NCBI GenBank assembly: GCA_903884375.1 | Contig: CAISER010000025.1 | Span: 1,637-65,636 of the forward strand | Origin: Candidatus Collierbacteria bacterium | Lineage (GTDB): Bacteria > Patescibacteriota > Microgenomatia > UBA1400 > MFAQ01 | DNA: 64,000 bases | Reading direction: 5' to 3' | Shown here: positions 40,330 through 49,499 of the stretch, piece after piece | Layout of the letters: each line of letters opens with the position of its first letter | Position numbering within the stretch: position 1 is the first letter of the stretch | Translations under genes and position numbers: made by a program | The notes under the pieces: generated by a model | The model's database searches: none | Told to the model about the DNA's origin: nothing | Seen by the model: the letters and a program-made list of their open reading frames with translations, nothing else

Positions 40330-40677
40330 TTATATTGGCCGAAAGGGGCGAACAGAAGGAGGTGCCGGGGGAGGAACTTCCCCCAAAGAAACATTGGGGC
40401 CTAATACTTCAGTACTGTGAAAATCATAGGTAGAATGATGAGGTGTTTCCTCCGGAATTATTATAGGAGTTCGTGGAAGTTCTGGTTTATCTTGATGAAT
40501 TAAATTATCAGGAATTTTTTTATATTTTTCAGGTATGGAATCAAGAACTTTTTTGACAACCTTACGGCCTTCTTCAGTGCCAAAAAGTAAGGCAGCAATG
40601 ATACCTATAGTGGCTCCCATAGCAAAGGAAGAAAAATGATGATCGGTGGCTTTATTAGATGGAGTCATTGTTTTCAA
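40330..40677 (-). CDS. YtxH-like small membrane protein
   Basis: MGATIGIIAALLFGTEEGRK TM-then-charged pattern; start uncertain (internal ATG at 40620 possible). Confidence 0.5.
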   Translation of the reverse strand: MKTMTPSNKATDHHFSSFAMGATIGIIAALLFGTEEGRKVVKKVLDSIPEKYKKIPDNLIHQDKPELPRTPIIIPEETPHHSTYDFHSTEVLGPNVSLGEVPPPAPPSVRPFRPI

Positions 40678-40954
40678 GATTTACCGGGGGAGTTGGCTGA
40701 TCTTTACCCAGAAGATGTTGAACCATCTCAACGATTTTGCCTGACTGGCGGAAACCCTCGATGATGGCAAAAAGTCCAACTGCTGGTTGAGAAAGTTTTT
40801 GGAGAGTATCATCGGCAGTGTCGAGAGTGTGATTGATTCTGGTAAGGGAACTTTTCATTTCTTTTAAAACAACTATTAGCTCAATGCCGACGATAACGGC
40901 AACAATAGTCAGTACGGACATAGAGATTAAGGAAACAATTTGGGGCAGTGTCAT
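40655..40954 (-). CDS. DUF948/YtxG-like membrane protein
   Basis: N-terminal TM helix followed by coiled-coil; paired with YtxH-like gene as in Firmicutes ytxGH. Confidence 0.5.
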   Translation of the reverse strand: MTLPQIVSLISMSVLTIVAVIVGIELIVVLKEMKSSLTRINHTLDTADDTLQKLSQPAVGLFAIIEGFRQSGKIVEMVQHLLGKDQPTPPVNLENNDSI

Positions 40955-41006
40955 GTATTAATAATAACAAATTTCAAGTAGCAATGATTTAATAACTAAA
41001 AACTCT

Positions 41007-41636
41007 TCAGTTTGAAATAACGGTAAGGGGTAATTCGATAAAAGAGGAACGAGAAAAACGGTTGGTCGTTTTTATTTTTATTATTGTCTCCCCCACCGGA
41101 AGGCTAAGTCTCAACTGAAAGTGGCCATTTTGGTCTGGCTTTACCACATTATCATCATTAATAGTAACTAATGAATCGGTGGAAGTTTCCCCCAGTATTT
41201 CAACAGGAGAGGCTAATACTGTATCTTTTTGGGGTTTGCTTATTTCCAGAGGTGGTGGAGTGAGAATGACCCGAAACTGGAAAGCCAAATAGATAATAAA
41301 AACAACAATACCAAGGATAATAGAGAAAAATTGTGGTGATAATCCAGATAGGATCTTTTTGGATGATCGATTATTATTTTTTAAAAAATTGTTATTATCA
41401 AAATTACGATAATCTCTTCTGAAAATAGCAATGTTTTCTTCGGGGTTGCATCCTAGATTTAAAGAGAGATTTCTGATAAAACCCTTAGCAAAGGTTTCTG
41501 ATGGAAGAAGATCATATTTGTCGGCTTCAAGAGCTTTTATGTATTTAACGTCAATCTTTGTAGCGAGAGATAGCTCTTCAACGGAAATATTTTTTATATT
41601 TCTTTCTTTGTAAAGTAACTGGCCGACTGTTTTCAT
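41007..41636 (-). CDS. rodZ: cytoskeleton protein RodZ-like (XRE-type HTH, TM helix, extracytoplasmic C-terminal domain)
   Basis: HTH LYKERNIKNISVEELSLATKIDVKYIKALEADKYDLLP then TM FFSIILGIVVFIIYLAF. Confidence 0.7.
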   Translation of the reverse strand: MKTVGQLLYKERNIKNISVEELSLATKIDVKYIKALEADKYDLLPSETFAKGFIRNLSLNLGCNPEENIAIFRRDYRNFDNNNFLKNNNRSSKKILSGLSPQFFSIILGIVVFIIYLAFQFRVILTPPPLEISKPQKDTVLASPVEILGETSTDSLVTINDDNVVKPDQNGHFQLRLSLPVGETIIKIKTTNRFSRSSFIELPLTVISN

Positions 41637-41641
41637 AACAG

Positions 41642-43762
41642 TTATTCTTCCAAAGTTTCGTTTTGGGGCAGATATTCATCAAAACTGCTAACAATAATTT
41701 CACGGGGTTTGTTGCCTTCAGCATGGGCCAAAATACCGGCATTTTCCAACTGGTCGAGGATTCTGGCTGCTCTGGCGTAGCCGACTTCGAGACGCCGTTG
41801 AAGAAGGGAGGCCGAACCCTTGCCTTCGGCGATACAGAGTCTGGCAGCTTCTTCAAATTTTTCGTCAACGTTACCTAAGTCTTGACCATTGGTGGACATG
41901 GTCCCTTTAGTAGAAACATTCCGAGTAATAGTGTCATCAACCTTTGCTTCAACTCCCATGCTCTTTATGTATCTAATTAGGTCGCCAATTTCTCGTTCAG
42001 AAACGAAGGCTCCTTGAATACGTTTGGGTTTGGCAACGTCTGGAGGAATAAATAACATATCGCCTTTACCTAATAGTTTTTCGGCACCTGGTGAGTCAAT
42101 AATGACACGAGAATCGATCATGGAAGTGACTTGGAAAGCAATACGGGCAGGGACATTGGCCTTGATAATACCAGTCAAAACGTTAACTGATGGACGTTGG
42201 GTGGCAAGAACCAAGTGAATACCAACGGCACGAGCCATCTGGGCTAACCTAACAATGCGATTTTCAACTTCCCCGGCATTTTTACTCATCATAATATCGG
42301 CAATTTCATCAATAACAATGACAATATAAGGCATGGATTGAAAGGCTTTACTTTCGTTGTAACCAGCAATATTTTTAACACCAACCTCTTGGAATATTTT
42401 GTAACGAGTTTCCATTTCTTTGACAGCCCAACCAAGAGCGTTGACTACTTTATCAACATCTACAATAACATCGGTAAGAAGATGAGGAATTCCACTGTAA
42501 GGAGTAAGTTCGACACGTTTTGGGTCAACCATGATAAATTTAACTTCTTCAGGAGAAGCACGGAAAAGAATTGAGGCGATAAAGGCATTAATTAAAACGG
42601 ATTTTCCGGAACCTGTAGTTCCGGCTATAAGAACGTGAGGCATTTTGGCTATATCAACAGTACAAGCTGTGCCAGAAACATCAAGACCTAACGAAACCAT
42701 GGTTTTTGATTTACTGCTTTGCATGGCCGGAGAACTTAGCATGTCTCTCAGAGAAACAAATTCAAGTGAGCGATTAGGTATTTCGATACCGACCAAGTCT
42801 CTCCCGGGGATGGGGGCTTCAATACGAATTTGACCTTGGGGAGCTGACAGAGCCAAGGCCAGATCTGATTGAAGTGCGTTTATTTTACTTAGCTTTGTCC
42901 CCATAGCGATAGTGAGAGCATACTGAGTGACTGCAGGACCTTTGTGAACTTCGGAAACTTGAGCTTCAATTGAAAATGATTTCAAAGTATTTTGAATGAT
43001 TTCAATATTTTTGTTGATATCACCACGATCGGCTTTGCCAAGTTTTTGATCAGAGAGAAGATTAATGGGAGGATATTGCCAAATAGTAGCCGTAGCTCCT
43101 TCGAGTAGTGGCTTGGGCGGAAGCTGACTTACTGGTTGAGTCTTGATTTTTGCTTCTTGATGAATAACCGGTGTGGTTGGTGTAAATGTATCCTCTCCAC
43201 CAGTAATTTTGACTGAACCAGGTTTACTAACGAAAACGGTGCCATTTCTTTTTCCTAGAGTTTGAAGTTTATTTCCAGCATCACCAACTTTTTTGGCACC
43301 TTCCTGAATAAAAAGGACTAGGTCTTCGATTGAAGTCTCAAAAAGAATAAATAAACCGATGGCGGTACCGACAACAAAAAAGAGAATGGCTCCAGGTGTT
43401 GAGATCAGAGAAACAATAGAGTCTTTTATACCAACACCAATACTGCCCGAACCTGTAAGACCAGATAACGAAATCATCGTTACAACACTACCCAATAGAA
43501 CATGAGCAGATGCAATGGCTAGTTTAACATGAGTCAACATTAAGCCACCAGAAATAAGAATAAAAGGAATAAAAAGAAGTGGCCAACCGAGTAACCCGCG
43601 GCCAACTTCATTGACCTTGGTTAAAAAGACGCCTTGTTGGGAGAAAGAAATAGCGATTAAACCACCTATTCCCATAATTAGAACGGCCATGATGGAATTC
43701 ATGGTGTCTTTTTTAAGATTTAGTTTGTAAGGTTTTGAACGGCGACCTTTTTTACGAGCCAT
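41642..43762 (-). CDS. ftsK: DNA translocase FtsK/SpoIIIE
   Basis: N-terminal 4 TM helices, motor domain Walker A GTTGSGKSV, C-terminal gamma winged helix; 706 aa. Confidence 0.92.
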   Translation of the reverse strand: MARKKGRRSKPYKLNLKKDTMNSIMAVLIMGIGGLIAISFSQQGVFLTKVNEVGRGLLGWPLLFIPFILISGGLMLTHVKLAIASAHVLLGSVVTMISLSGLTGSGSIGVGIKDSIVSLISTPGAILFFVVGTAIGLFILFETSIEDLVLFIQEGAKKVGDAGNKLQTLGKRNGTVFVSKPGSVKITGGEDTFTPTTPVIHQEAKIKTQPVSQLPPKPLLEGATATIWQYPPINLLSDQKLGKADRGDINKNIEIIQNTLKSFSIEAQVSEVHKGPAVTQYALTIAMGTKLSKINALQSDLALALSAPQGQIRIEAPIPGRDLVGIEIPNRSLEFVSLRDMLSSPAMQSSKSKTMVSLGLDVSGTACTVDIAKMPHVLIAGTTGSGKSVLINAFIASILFRASPEEVKFIMVDPKRVELTPYSGIPHLLTDVIVDVDKVVNALGWAVKEMETRYKIFQEVGVKNIAGYNESKAFQSMPYIVIVIDEIADIMMSKNAGEVENRIVRLAQMARAVGIHLVLATQRPSVNVLTGIIKANVPARIAFQVTSMIDSRVIIDSPGAEKLLGKGDMLFIPPDVAKPKRIQGAFVSEREIGDLIRYIKSMGVEAKVDDTITRNVSTKGTMSTNGQDLGNVDEKFEEAARLCIAEGKGSASLLQRRLEVGYARAARILDQLENAGILAHAEGNKPREIIVSSFDEYLPQNETLEE

Positions 43763-43795
43763 ATTTAATCTAAGTATAGCTTAATGAATTAAATT

Positions 43796-45454
43796 TTAAA
43801 CCTCAAGAAGAATGGCTATAACCAGAGGACGTCTTTGGGTATGATCGAAAGCAAATTTCTCAAGTTGGCCTTCAATCTTTTTTCTAATAAATCCCCAATC
43901 TGTAGCTTGACCTTTGAGATCTTTAAGACATGCATAGACATGTTTCCGAGCATCGTTTATCAACTCTTGCGATTCTTTTTGATAAACGAAACCTCTGGAA
44001 ATAATTTCAATATCTCCGGTTACCTGAGAGTTATCTCGACGCATGGGAACAATGGCCAGTAATATGCCGTCGGCGGACATGACTTGTCGGTCTCTTAAAA
44101 CAACCGTTCCAACATCACCAATACCTAAGCCATCTACGTAAACGTTTCTGGTTTCGATTTTGGGACCTTGTTTGACGATTCCTCCTTCCAATACAATGGA
44201 CTGGCCGTCGGAGAGAACAAAAACTTTTTCAGGGTCAAAGTTCATTTCTTTGGCTAGGTCTTTATAAATCATCATGTGACGAAGATTGCCGCCAATAGGA
44301 ATAATGTTTTTGGGTTTTATCAAACGGGCAAGGAGAGTTAAATCACCTCGATATCCATGACCAGAAACATGAAGATTTTCGGAAGTGCCTGAGTATGTTA
44401 CTTGAATACCTCTTTTGTAGAGAGTGTCGAGTAAATCGAAAATGTCACCTTCATTCCCGGGAATAGCATCGGAACTAATGAGTACTTTGTCACCTTTTTT
44501 TAACTTTATCTGAGTATGTTCGTCATTGGCAAGACGATGCATAGCGGAACCAACCTGGCCTTGAGAACCGGAGACAATAACCGTTACTTGGTGTGCGGGA
44601 AGTGTGGAAACTTGCTGACTTTTAATAAATATTCCTTTGGGGATTTTGATAAAACCATTTTTGGCGGCGGCTTCGACATTTTGTTCGACACTACGCCCAA
44701 TGATGGCTACACGACGATGATATTTGGCACTGGCATCGATGGCCATCTGAATACGAGAAATCGAAGAAGACATGGTAGTAAATATCATTTTGCCTTCGGT
44801 GGAGCGAACTTCACTGTCTATGGCTGTGAGTAAAGAACGTTCCGATGGACAGAAGCCGTTTTTTTCAACACGAAGACAGTCGGTAAGCATCAAGTCAACA
44901 CCGTTATTCCCGGCAACGGCCATGGCACCCATATCCGGAGGAAGATTATCTATTGGTGTTAAATCAAACTTAAAATCGGCACCATGATATACGGTTCCGG
45001 CGGGAGTTTTGATGAGAACATGAAAACAGTTGGGGACGGAGTGAGTGATATGAATGAATTCCAAGTGGAAAGGTCCAAGATTTAGAACTCCTTCAACAGG
45101 TGTCATTTTGTTAGTTATGCCAAACTCGCGAACTTTGATTTCGGCAATAGCGATAGCCAATTTGCTTCCATAAACTTCGATGCCTTTAAGACGAGGAAGA
45201 ATGTAAGGCAAACCACCAACATGATCTTGATGGGCGTGGGTTAGAACAATTCCATGAAGCTTTTTATTGGAGTGCTCAAGATAACTAATATCGGGAATAA
45301 CGGCATCGACGCCAAGGGCGTCATCTTTGGGGAAACCCATACCACAATCAATCACAATTTGATCGTTGCCATATTCATATACGTACATATTTTTGGTGAC
45401 GTCACCGACGCCTCCCAAAGGAATAATTTTTAAAGGAATTTTTTTAAAATCCAT
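43796..45454 (-). CDS. rnj: ribonuclease J (metallo-beta-lactamase/beta-CASP)
   Basis: HAHQDHVGGLPY metallo-beta-lactamase motif, beta-CASP and C-terminal domain; 552 aa. Confidence 0.9.
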   Translation of the reverse strand: MDFKKIPLKIIPLGGVGDVTKNMYVYEYGNDQIVIDCGMGFPKDDALGVDAVIPDISYLEHSNKKLHGIVLTHAHQDHVGGLPYILPRLKGIEVYGSKLAIAIAEIKVREFGITNKMTPVEGVLNLGPFHLEFIHITHSVPNCFHVLIKTPAGTVYHGADFKFDLTPIDNLPPDMGAMAVAGNNGVDLMLTDCLRVEKNGFCPSERSLLTAIDSEVRSTEGKMIFTTMSSSISRIQMAIDASAKYHRRVAIIGRSVEQNVEAAAKNGFIKIPKGIFIKSQQVSTLPAHQVTVIVSGSQGQVGSAMHRLANDEHTQIKLKKGDKVLISSDAIPGNEGDIFDLLDTLYKRGIQVTYSGTSENLHVSGHGYRGDLTLLARLIKPKNIIPIGGNLRHMMIYKDLAKEMNFDPEKVFVLSDGQSIVLEGGIVKQGPKIETRNVYVDGLGIGDVGTVVLRDRQVMSADGILLAIVPMRRDNSQVTGDIEIISRGFVYQKESQELINDARKHVYACLKDLKGQATDWGFIRKKIEGQLEKFAFDHTQRRPLVIAILLEV

Positions 45455-45697
45455 ATTTATTTATTTAATTACTAAACTTTCAACACAGAATCACTGCTTG
45501 AATACGCCACAATAAGGTGGCAAAACTTAATTTATTTTACACTTACTAAGGGGATTGTTTTCGGAACCAAAGCTGCAATAAACTTGGGGTCAAAGATACT
45601 TTTCTTAGTCAAGCCAAAACTTAATATAGGACTATTATACCACAATAATAAATAATTAGTGTTTACATTGAAGAGAAAAAGAGTAAACTATTTTTGA

Positions 45698-47062
45698 ATG
45701 GAAAAATTGGTGAAAGAAAGAGTGATTCGAATATTTAATTTATCAGAGGATGTTTGGCCTTTTATTGAAACGATGGGCAACAAAAAGGCAAGAATGTCGG
45801 AGATTGAGGAAAACGCAAACTTGGCCGACCGTGATTTGTTTTCAATGGCTGAGGAGTTTGAGTTTACCTTTATCACTCCCAAAAAACTGGATCCCCATTT
45901 CGTAAACTACTTTATCAAAGTTTGTATGATGCGGGAAATGGAAGTATTGGTTCCCAAAAAAAATAGTGGACTTATTTGTGAGGATATTTTGGCGGATAAG
46001 GAGATTATGAAGAGGCTTGTTAAACTGGGGAAGAGCTGTAAAAGATTGGTGCTTACCGCCTACTCTACTTCGCCATATTTTTTACACTTGGTTGGCGAGT
46101 TACGGAAAAAGGGAATTGAAGTACGAACACCAGAAGCTCCAGATGAGGCTAATGCTTGGACGGTAAATTTTTACGGAAGCAAATCGGGGATAAGACAACT
46201 GACACAGATAAACGGGGCAATTAGAGCGGACTTGAAAATGCCTAATGGAGTTGTTTCCTCGGGAGTGTTGGACTCTGCAAGGATAGCGGCAAATAAATAT
46301 ATAAAGGAAAATGGAGTAGTAATCAAAACAAACAAAGGCCACTCAGGAATGGGAGTACTTATTTTCCGTAAAGGTGATTTGCCGAAAAAATATCGAGAGT
46401 GTCAGAAAAAAATTATTGAAATATTTAACGGAGACAGTTACTGGGAAAAATTTCCGATCGTGGTGGAGTCTTTGGTAAAACCCAATCCTCGGATCGGAGG
46501 AGGTTTTCCAAATGCGGAGTTTTTGATAAAAAAAGATGGCGAGGTAAAACTTTTGTATTACTGTGGAATGCGAGTAGACGACAAGGGCGTTTTTGGCGGA
46601 GTGGAGATAGGAGAAGAAGTATTGCCTCGTCGTGTGACTTCCAGAATTACCGATATCGGTTATCTAATTGGCGAACAGTATGCCGAAGACGGTTATCGTG
46701 GTTTTTTTGATATTGATTTTATTGCCGGAAAAGGTGGAGAGATATTTGTGAATGAGTCGAATGTAAGAGTCACTGGAGGAACACATGTGTATCAAGCAGC
46801 AGTAGAACTGGCTGGGCGAGAGTTTATGAAGAAAGTCTATGTGTTGTCGAATAATAACTACGATATTCCAAACAAAAAAATCTTTACTTTCGACAGACTT
46901 CATAAACTAATGAAACCGATACTTTTTGACAGAAAAACGCGTGAGGGATTGGTGATTGCATCGTCAAATCTATTGGCAATGGGAAAACTGGCTTACATTA
47001 TTTTTGGAAAAAATAAACGTAGAGCTTTGGCCGTCGAGGAAGAGATGACGAGATTATTATAA
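45698..47062 (+). CDS. ATP-grasp superfamily carboxylate-amine/thiol ligase, subfamily unassigned
   Basis: VVIKTNKGHSGMGVLIF matches ATP-grasp phosphate-binding loop (cf. RimK VVxKPxxGSxGxGV); C-terminal FVNESNVRVTGG matches the E-x-N-x-R motif; 454 aa; only plus-strand gene in a 45-kb minus-strand block. Confidence 0.7.
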   Translation: MEKLVKERVIRIFNLSEDVWPFIETMGNKKARMSEIEENANLADRDLFSMAEEFEFTFITPKKLDPHFVNYFIKVCMMREMEVLVPKKNSGLICEDILADKEIMKRLVKLGKSCKRLVLTAYSTSPYFLHLVGELRKKGIEVRTPEAPDEANAWTVNFYGSKSGIRQLTQINGAIRADLKMPNGVVSSGVLDSARIAANKYIKENGVVIKTNKGHSGMGVLIFRKGDLPKKYRECQKKIIEIFNGDSYWEKFPIVVESLVKPNPRIGGGFPNAEFLIKKDGEVKLLYYCGMRVDDKGVFGGVEIGEEVLPRRVTSRITDIGYLIGEQYAEDGYRGFFDIDFIAGKGGEIFVNESNVRVTGGTHVYQAAVELAGREFMKKVYVLSNNNYDIPNKKIFTFDRLHKLMKPILFDRKTREGLVIASSNLLAMGKLAYIIFGKNKRRALAVEEEMTRLL

Positions 47063-47193
47063 ATATAGAATGGACCCCTCTCCCGCTCAACCAGGTTTGT
47101 TACAAAACTGGTTTCGCAATCGTCGCAAATTCCTTATGCTATGTTTTTTATAATCTGCACAAGGCATATTATGAAAAACCGGGAATTTACTCC

Positions 47194-48255
47194 TCACCAC
47201 TTTGGTAGAAATGATTTTATATTTTCGGGCGTGAGAGATATTGTCTTGGCTTGACCGGTAACAATTAATAGAGCAACTTTACGGACAATACCTTCGATCG
47301 TGCGATTTAGGGTACGAATACCGGCGTCGTAACCTAGAGGACGAATAATCATCGGCCAGAGAGCAGGGTCAATGGTAATGATTGAGGGATCCATACCGGC
47401 GGCTTCCAAAGCTTTGGGGAATAGATATTCGAGGGCAATATGAGTTTTTTCATCGTCGGAGTAAGAAGGCATTTGAATTGGTTCCAAACGATCCATAACG
47501 GCGGTCGCTAAATTGCCCGTGTTGTTGGCCGTGGCGATAAACATAACTTCGGAAAGGTCAACGGGGTAATCAATAAAGTGATCGAGAAAACGATTGTTTT
47601 GCGTTGGATCAAGAAGCTCGACCAAAACACCCATAATATCAGCTCTGGCTTCTTCGGTAACACGGTCGATTTCATCCAGAAGAATAATGGGGTTTTTAAC
47701 TCCCGTATCACAAAGAGCTCTGACCACATAACCAGGTTCGGCTTCAAGATGTAGACGAGACTGGCCACGTAAGTCTTTAGCTGAACCCAAACCTCCAAAA
47801 GGAATACGGGCAATGGGGCGGCCAAGCGCTTCAGAGAGGGCATAAGCAAAAGTAGTTTTACCGGTACCAACAAGACCAACTAAGCAAACAATCGGAGCTC
47901 TCCCCGCTCCAAGGTTTCTGGTGGTACGGAGTTTTAAGATAGACATATATTCAAGAATTCGTTCCTTGACCTCGTTCATGCCGTAGTGATTTTTATCAAG
48001 TGTGGCCTTGATAGCAGTTAAGTCAATCGGGCGTTCGACTCTTTTTGTCCAAGGAACTTTGGCAACCCAAGAAATATAGTGGCTGATTTTTTCGTATTCT
48101 TCAGAAAAAAATCCTTGGGTGGAAAGACGCTCGAGACGAGCAATCATATCAAGAGTATTTTCTTTTAACTCTGGGGGTGTTTCGATACTTTCAATTTTTT
48201 GACGAAGATCATCAAGAAGAGTATTGGCTTTTGTGGTGATTGGAGCAGGATCCAT
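47194..48255 (-). CDS. Lon-like AAA+ ATPase lacking both the Lon N-terminal (LAN) domain and the S16 protease domain
   Basis: near-collinear match to the LonA AAA+ module: YISWVAKVPWTKRVERP...LDKNHYGMNEVKERILEYM (cf. Lon LDxDHYGLExVKxRILEYLAV), Walker A GLVGTGKTT, Walker B ILLDEID, sensor/Arg-finger region; protein ends exactly where the Lon protease domain would begin. Confidence 0.75.
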   Translation of the reverse strand: MDPAPITTKANTLLDDLRQKIESIETPPELKENTLDMIARLERLSTQGFFSEEYEKISHYISWVAKVPWTKRVERPIDLTAIKATLDKNHYGMNEVKERILEYMSILKLRTTRNLGAGRAPIVCLVGLVGTGKTTFAYALSEALGRPIARIPFGGLGSAKDLRGQSRLHLEAEPGYVVRALCDTGVKNPIILLDEIDRVTEEARADIMGVLVELLDPTQNNRFLDHFIDYPVDLSEVMFIATANNTGNLATAVMDRLEPIQMPSYSDDEKTHIALEYLFPKALEAAGMDPSIITIDPALWPMIIRPLGYDAGIRTLNRTIEGIVRKVALLIVTGQAKTISLTPENIKSFLPKW

Positions 48256-48367
48256 AGTTTCATTATATCCGTTTTAAAAAATACTTAGATCAGAATAAAT
48301 CACACACTCTATCTAAGAAAAGGATCTTTATCGAGGATATTATTAAATAGGGCTGCTGTTAATTTTA

Positions 48368-49363
48368 TTATCGAATATTGTAGGTTGGTGGCTTAGTGCT
48401 GCCGCTACCGGTGTTAATTCTGCACAAACTATCGTTAGTACAAGTGCTTTTAGGACATGTTGAGCTAATATTGACAGTTTTTGATATTGATTTACAAAGA
48501 TTGTTACTACATGTTTTGTAAATACAAACTTTTGTGTTTGCCACTCCTGATCCCACTGTCGAGCATTTACATGTAATGCTCCCATCTTTACAGGTACACA
48601 CTCTGCTCTTTGATTGTCCTGTTCCACAACCTAATGATGCCGGACAATTACCGGAACATTGATTATATGATTGACCGCTGGCAAAAGTATAACCATCACT
48701 GGTAGTGCAAGTGCCAGGCTTAATGATGGTACCGGCACAAGTATTATCATTTGAGCCTTTGCATGTACTAGTAGGACAGGTCGAACTTTGTTTAAAGGTC
48801 ATGTTATATGACTTACACTGACCCTGATAACACTGGGACCATTTACATTCTTTAGTCCCTGAGGGAACGGGCTCTTTATCGGCTATGCATTGGCCGACTG
48901 CGGAACTGGCGGTATAGTTTAAGGCAATTTTTCCATTACCACAGTGATAACCAGAGCAACACTGCCGGACATCATTCCAAGAAAAAACTCCACAGTGTCC
49001 ACCTTCTTCCACACACCTATTTGAAGTTGGTCGAGGTTTTTCAGTGCAATTCGATGGTTTACAGCTCGCGGTAAACGCTCTGCTCTCGCCTCCACCAGTG
49101 TAAGCGCAAATTTCTCCGGTTTTGCAGCCACCTTCCCAACCACATTTATTTGCGGTTGCCAGGCTGCTGCCACAAGTAACGTTTGCCGCTGCTGGTTCAC
49201 TTTCTGGAGCATTGGGGGCTACGGCTTGTCTGGCAGTTAATTGAGCAGCAATAAAAAGAACGGCACCAAGAATAGCAGCAAAAATTAAGACAGGAAAAAA
49301 CTTTTTCAAAAAAGGATTAGTATGCTGTTTGACAATCGTCTTCTTGGGCATCTTCTTGGCCAT
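48368..49363 (-). CDS. membrane-anchored, extremely cysteine-rich extracytoplasmic protein (about 32 Cys in about 270 residues, Thr/Ser/Gly-rich, repeated S-T-C-P-x-S-T-C-like units)
   Basis: Lys-rich N-terminus, one TM/signal-anchor (FFPVLIFAAILGAVLFIAAQL), then Cys-rich domain; locally GC-richer than surroundings; no bacterial family recognised. Confidence 0.7.
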   Translation of the reverse strand: MAKKMPKKTIVKQHTNPFLKKFFPVLIFAAILGAVLFIAAQLTARQAVAPNAPESEPAAANVTCGSSLATANKCGWEGGCKTGEICAYTGGGESRAFTASCKPSNCTEKPRPTSNRCVEEGGHCGVFSWNDVRQCCSGYHCGNGKIALNYTASSAVGQCIADKEPVPSGTKECKWSQCYQGQCKSYNMTFKQSSTCPTSTCKGSNDNTCAGTIIKPGTCTTSDGYTFASGQSYNQCSGNCPASLGCGTGQSKSRVCTCKDGSITCKCSTVGSGVANTKVCIYKTCSNNLCKSISKTVNISSTCPKSTCTNDSLCRINTGSGSTKPPTYNIR

Positions 49364-49442
49364 ATTAGTGTGAGTTAATTATTAATTAAATTAATTAACC
49401 TCTGTTTTAATAATAACTGTTTTTTTGTAAAGGTCAAATTAA

Positions 49443-49470
49443 CAAAACGCCCCGAGAATCGGAGCGTTTA
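49443..49470 (-). terminator. intrinsic terminator downstream of pnp (ACGCCCCGA-GAA-TCGGAGCGT hairpin, U-tract on minus transcript)
   Basis: aacaaaacgccccgagaatcggagcgtttattg read directly. Confidence 0.55.
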
Positions 49471-49499
49471 TTGCTAAGGCCTAACTTTATTATTCTACA

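Noticed and set aside
45455-45697. 243-nt intergenic region checked for tRNA or small RNA
   Set aside because: No cloverleaf-compatible GTTC-type T-arm or acceptor pairing found; reads as an AT-rich divergent promoter region (possible TTTACA-N16-TAAACT promoter for the ATP-grasp gene, low confidence).
47070-47147. 25-aa ORF (MDPSPAQPGLLQNWFRNRRKFLMLCFL) 7 nt after the ATP-grasp stop; considered as a possible graspetide/RiPP precursor
   Set aside because: No ribosome-binding site, no Thr/Ser plus Asp/Glu-rich core expected for ATP-grasp-modified peptides, and it lies in the convergent terminator region; kept only as a remote possibility.
47508-47879. 123-aa minus-strand ORF
   Set aside because: Alternative frame inside the Lon-like AAA+ gene.
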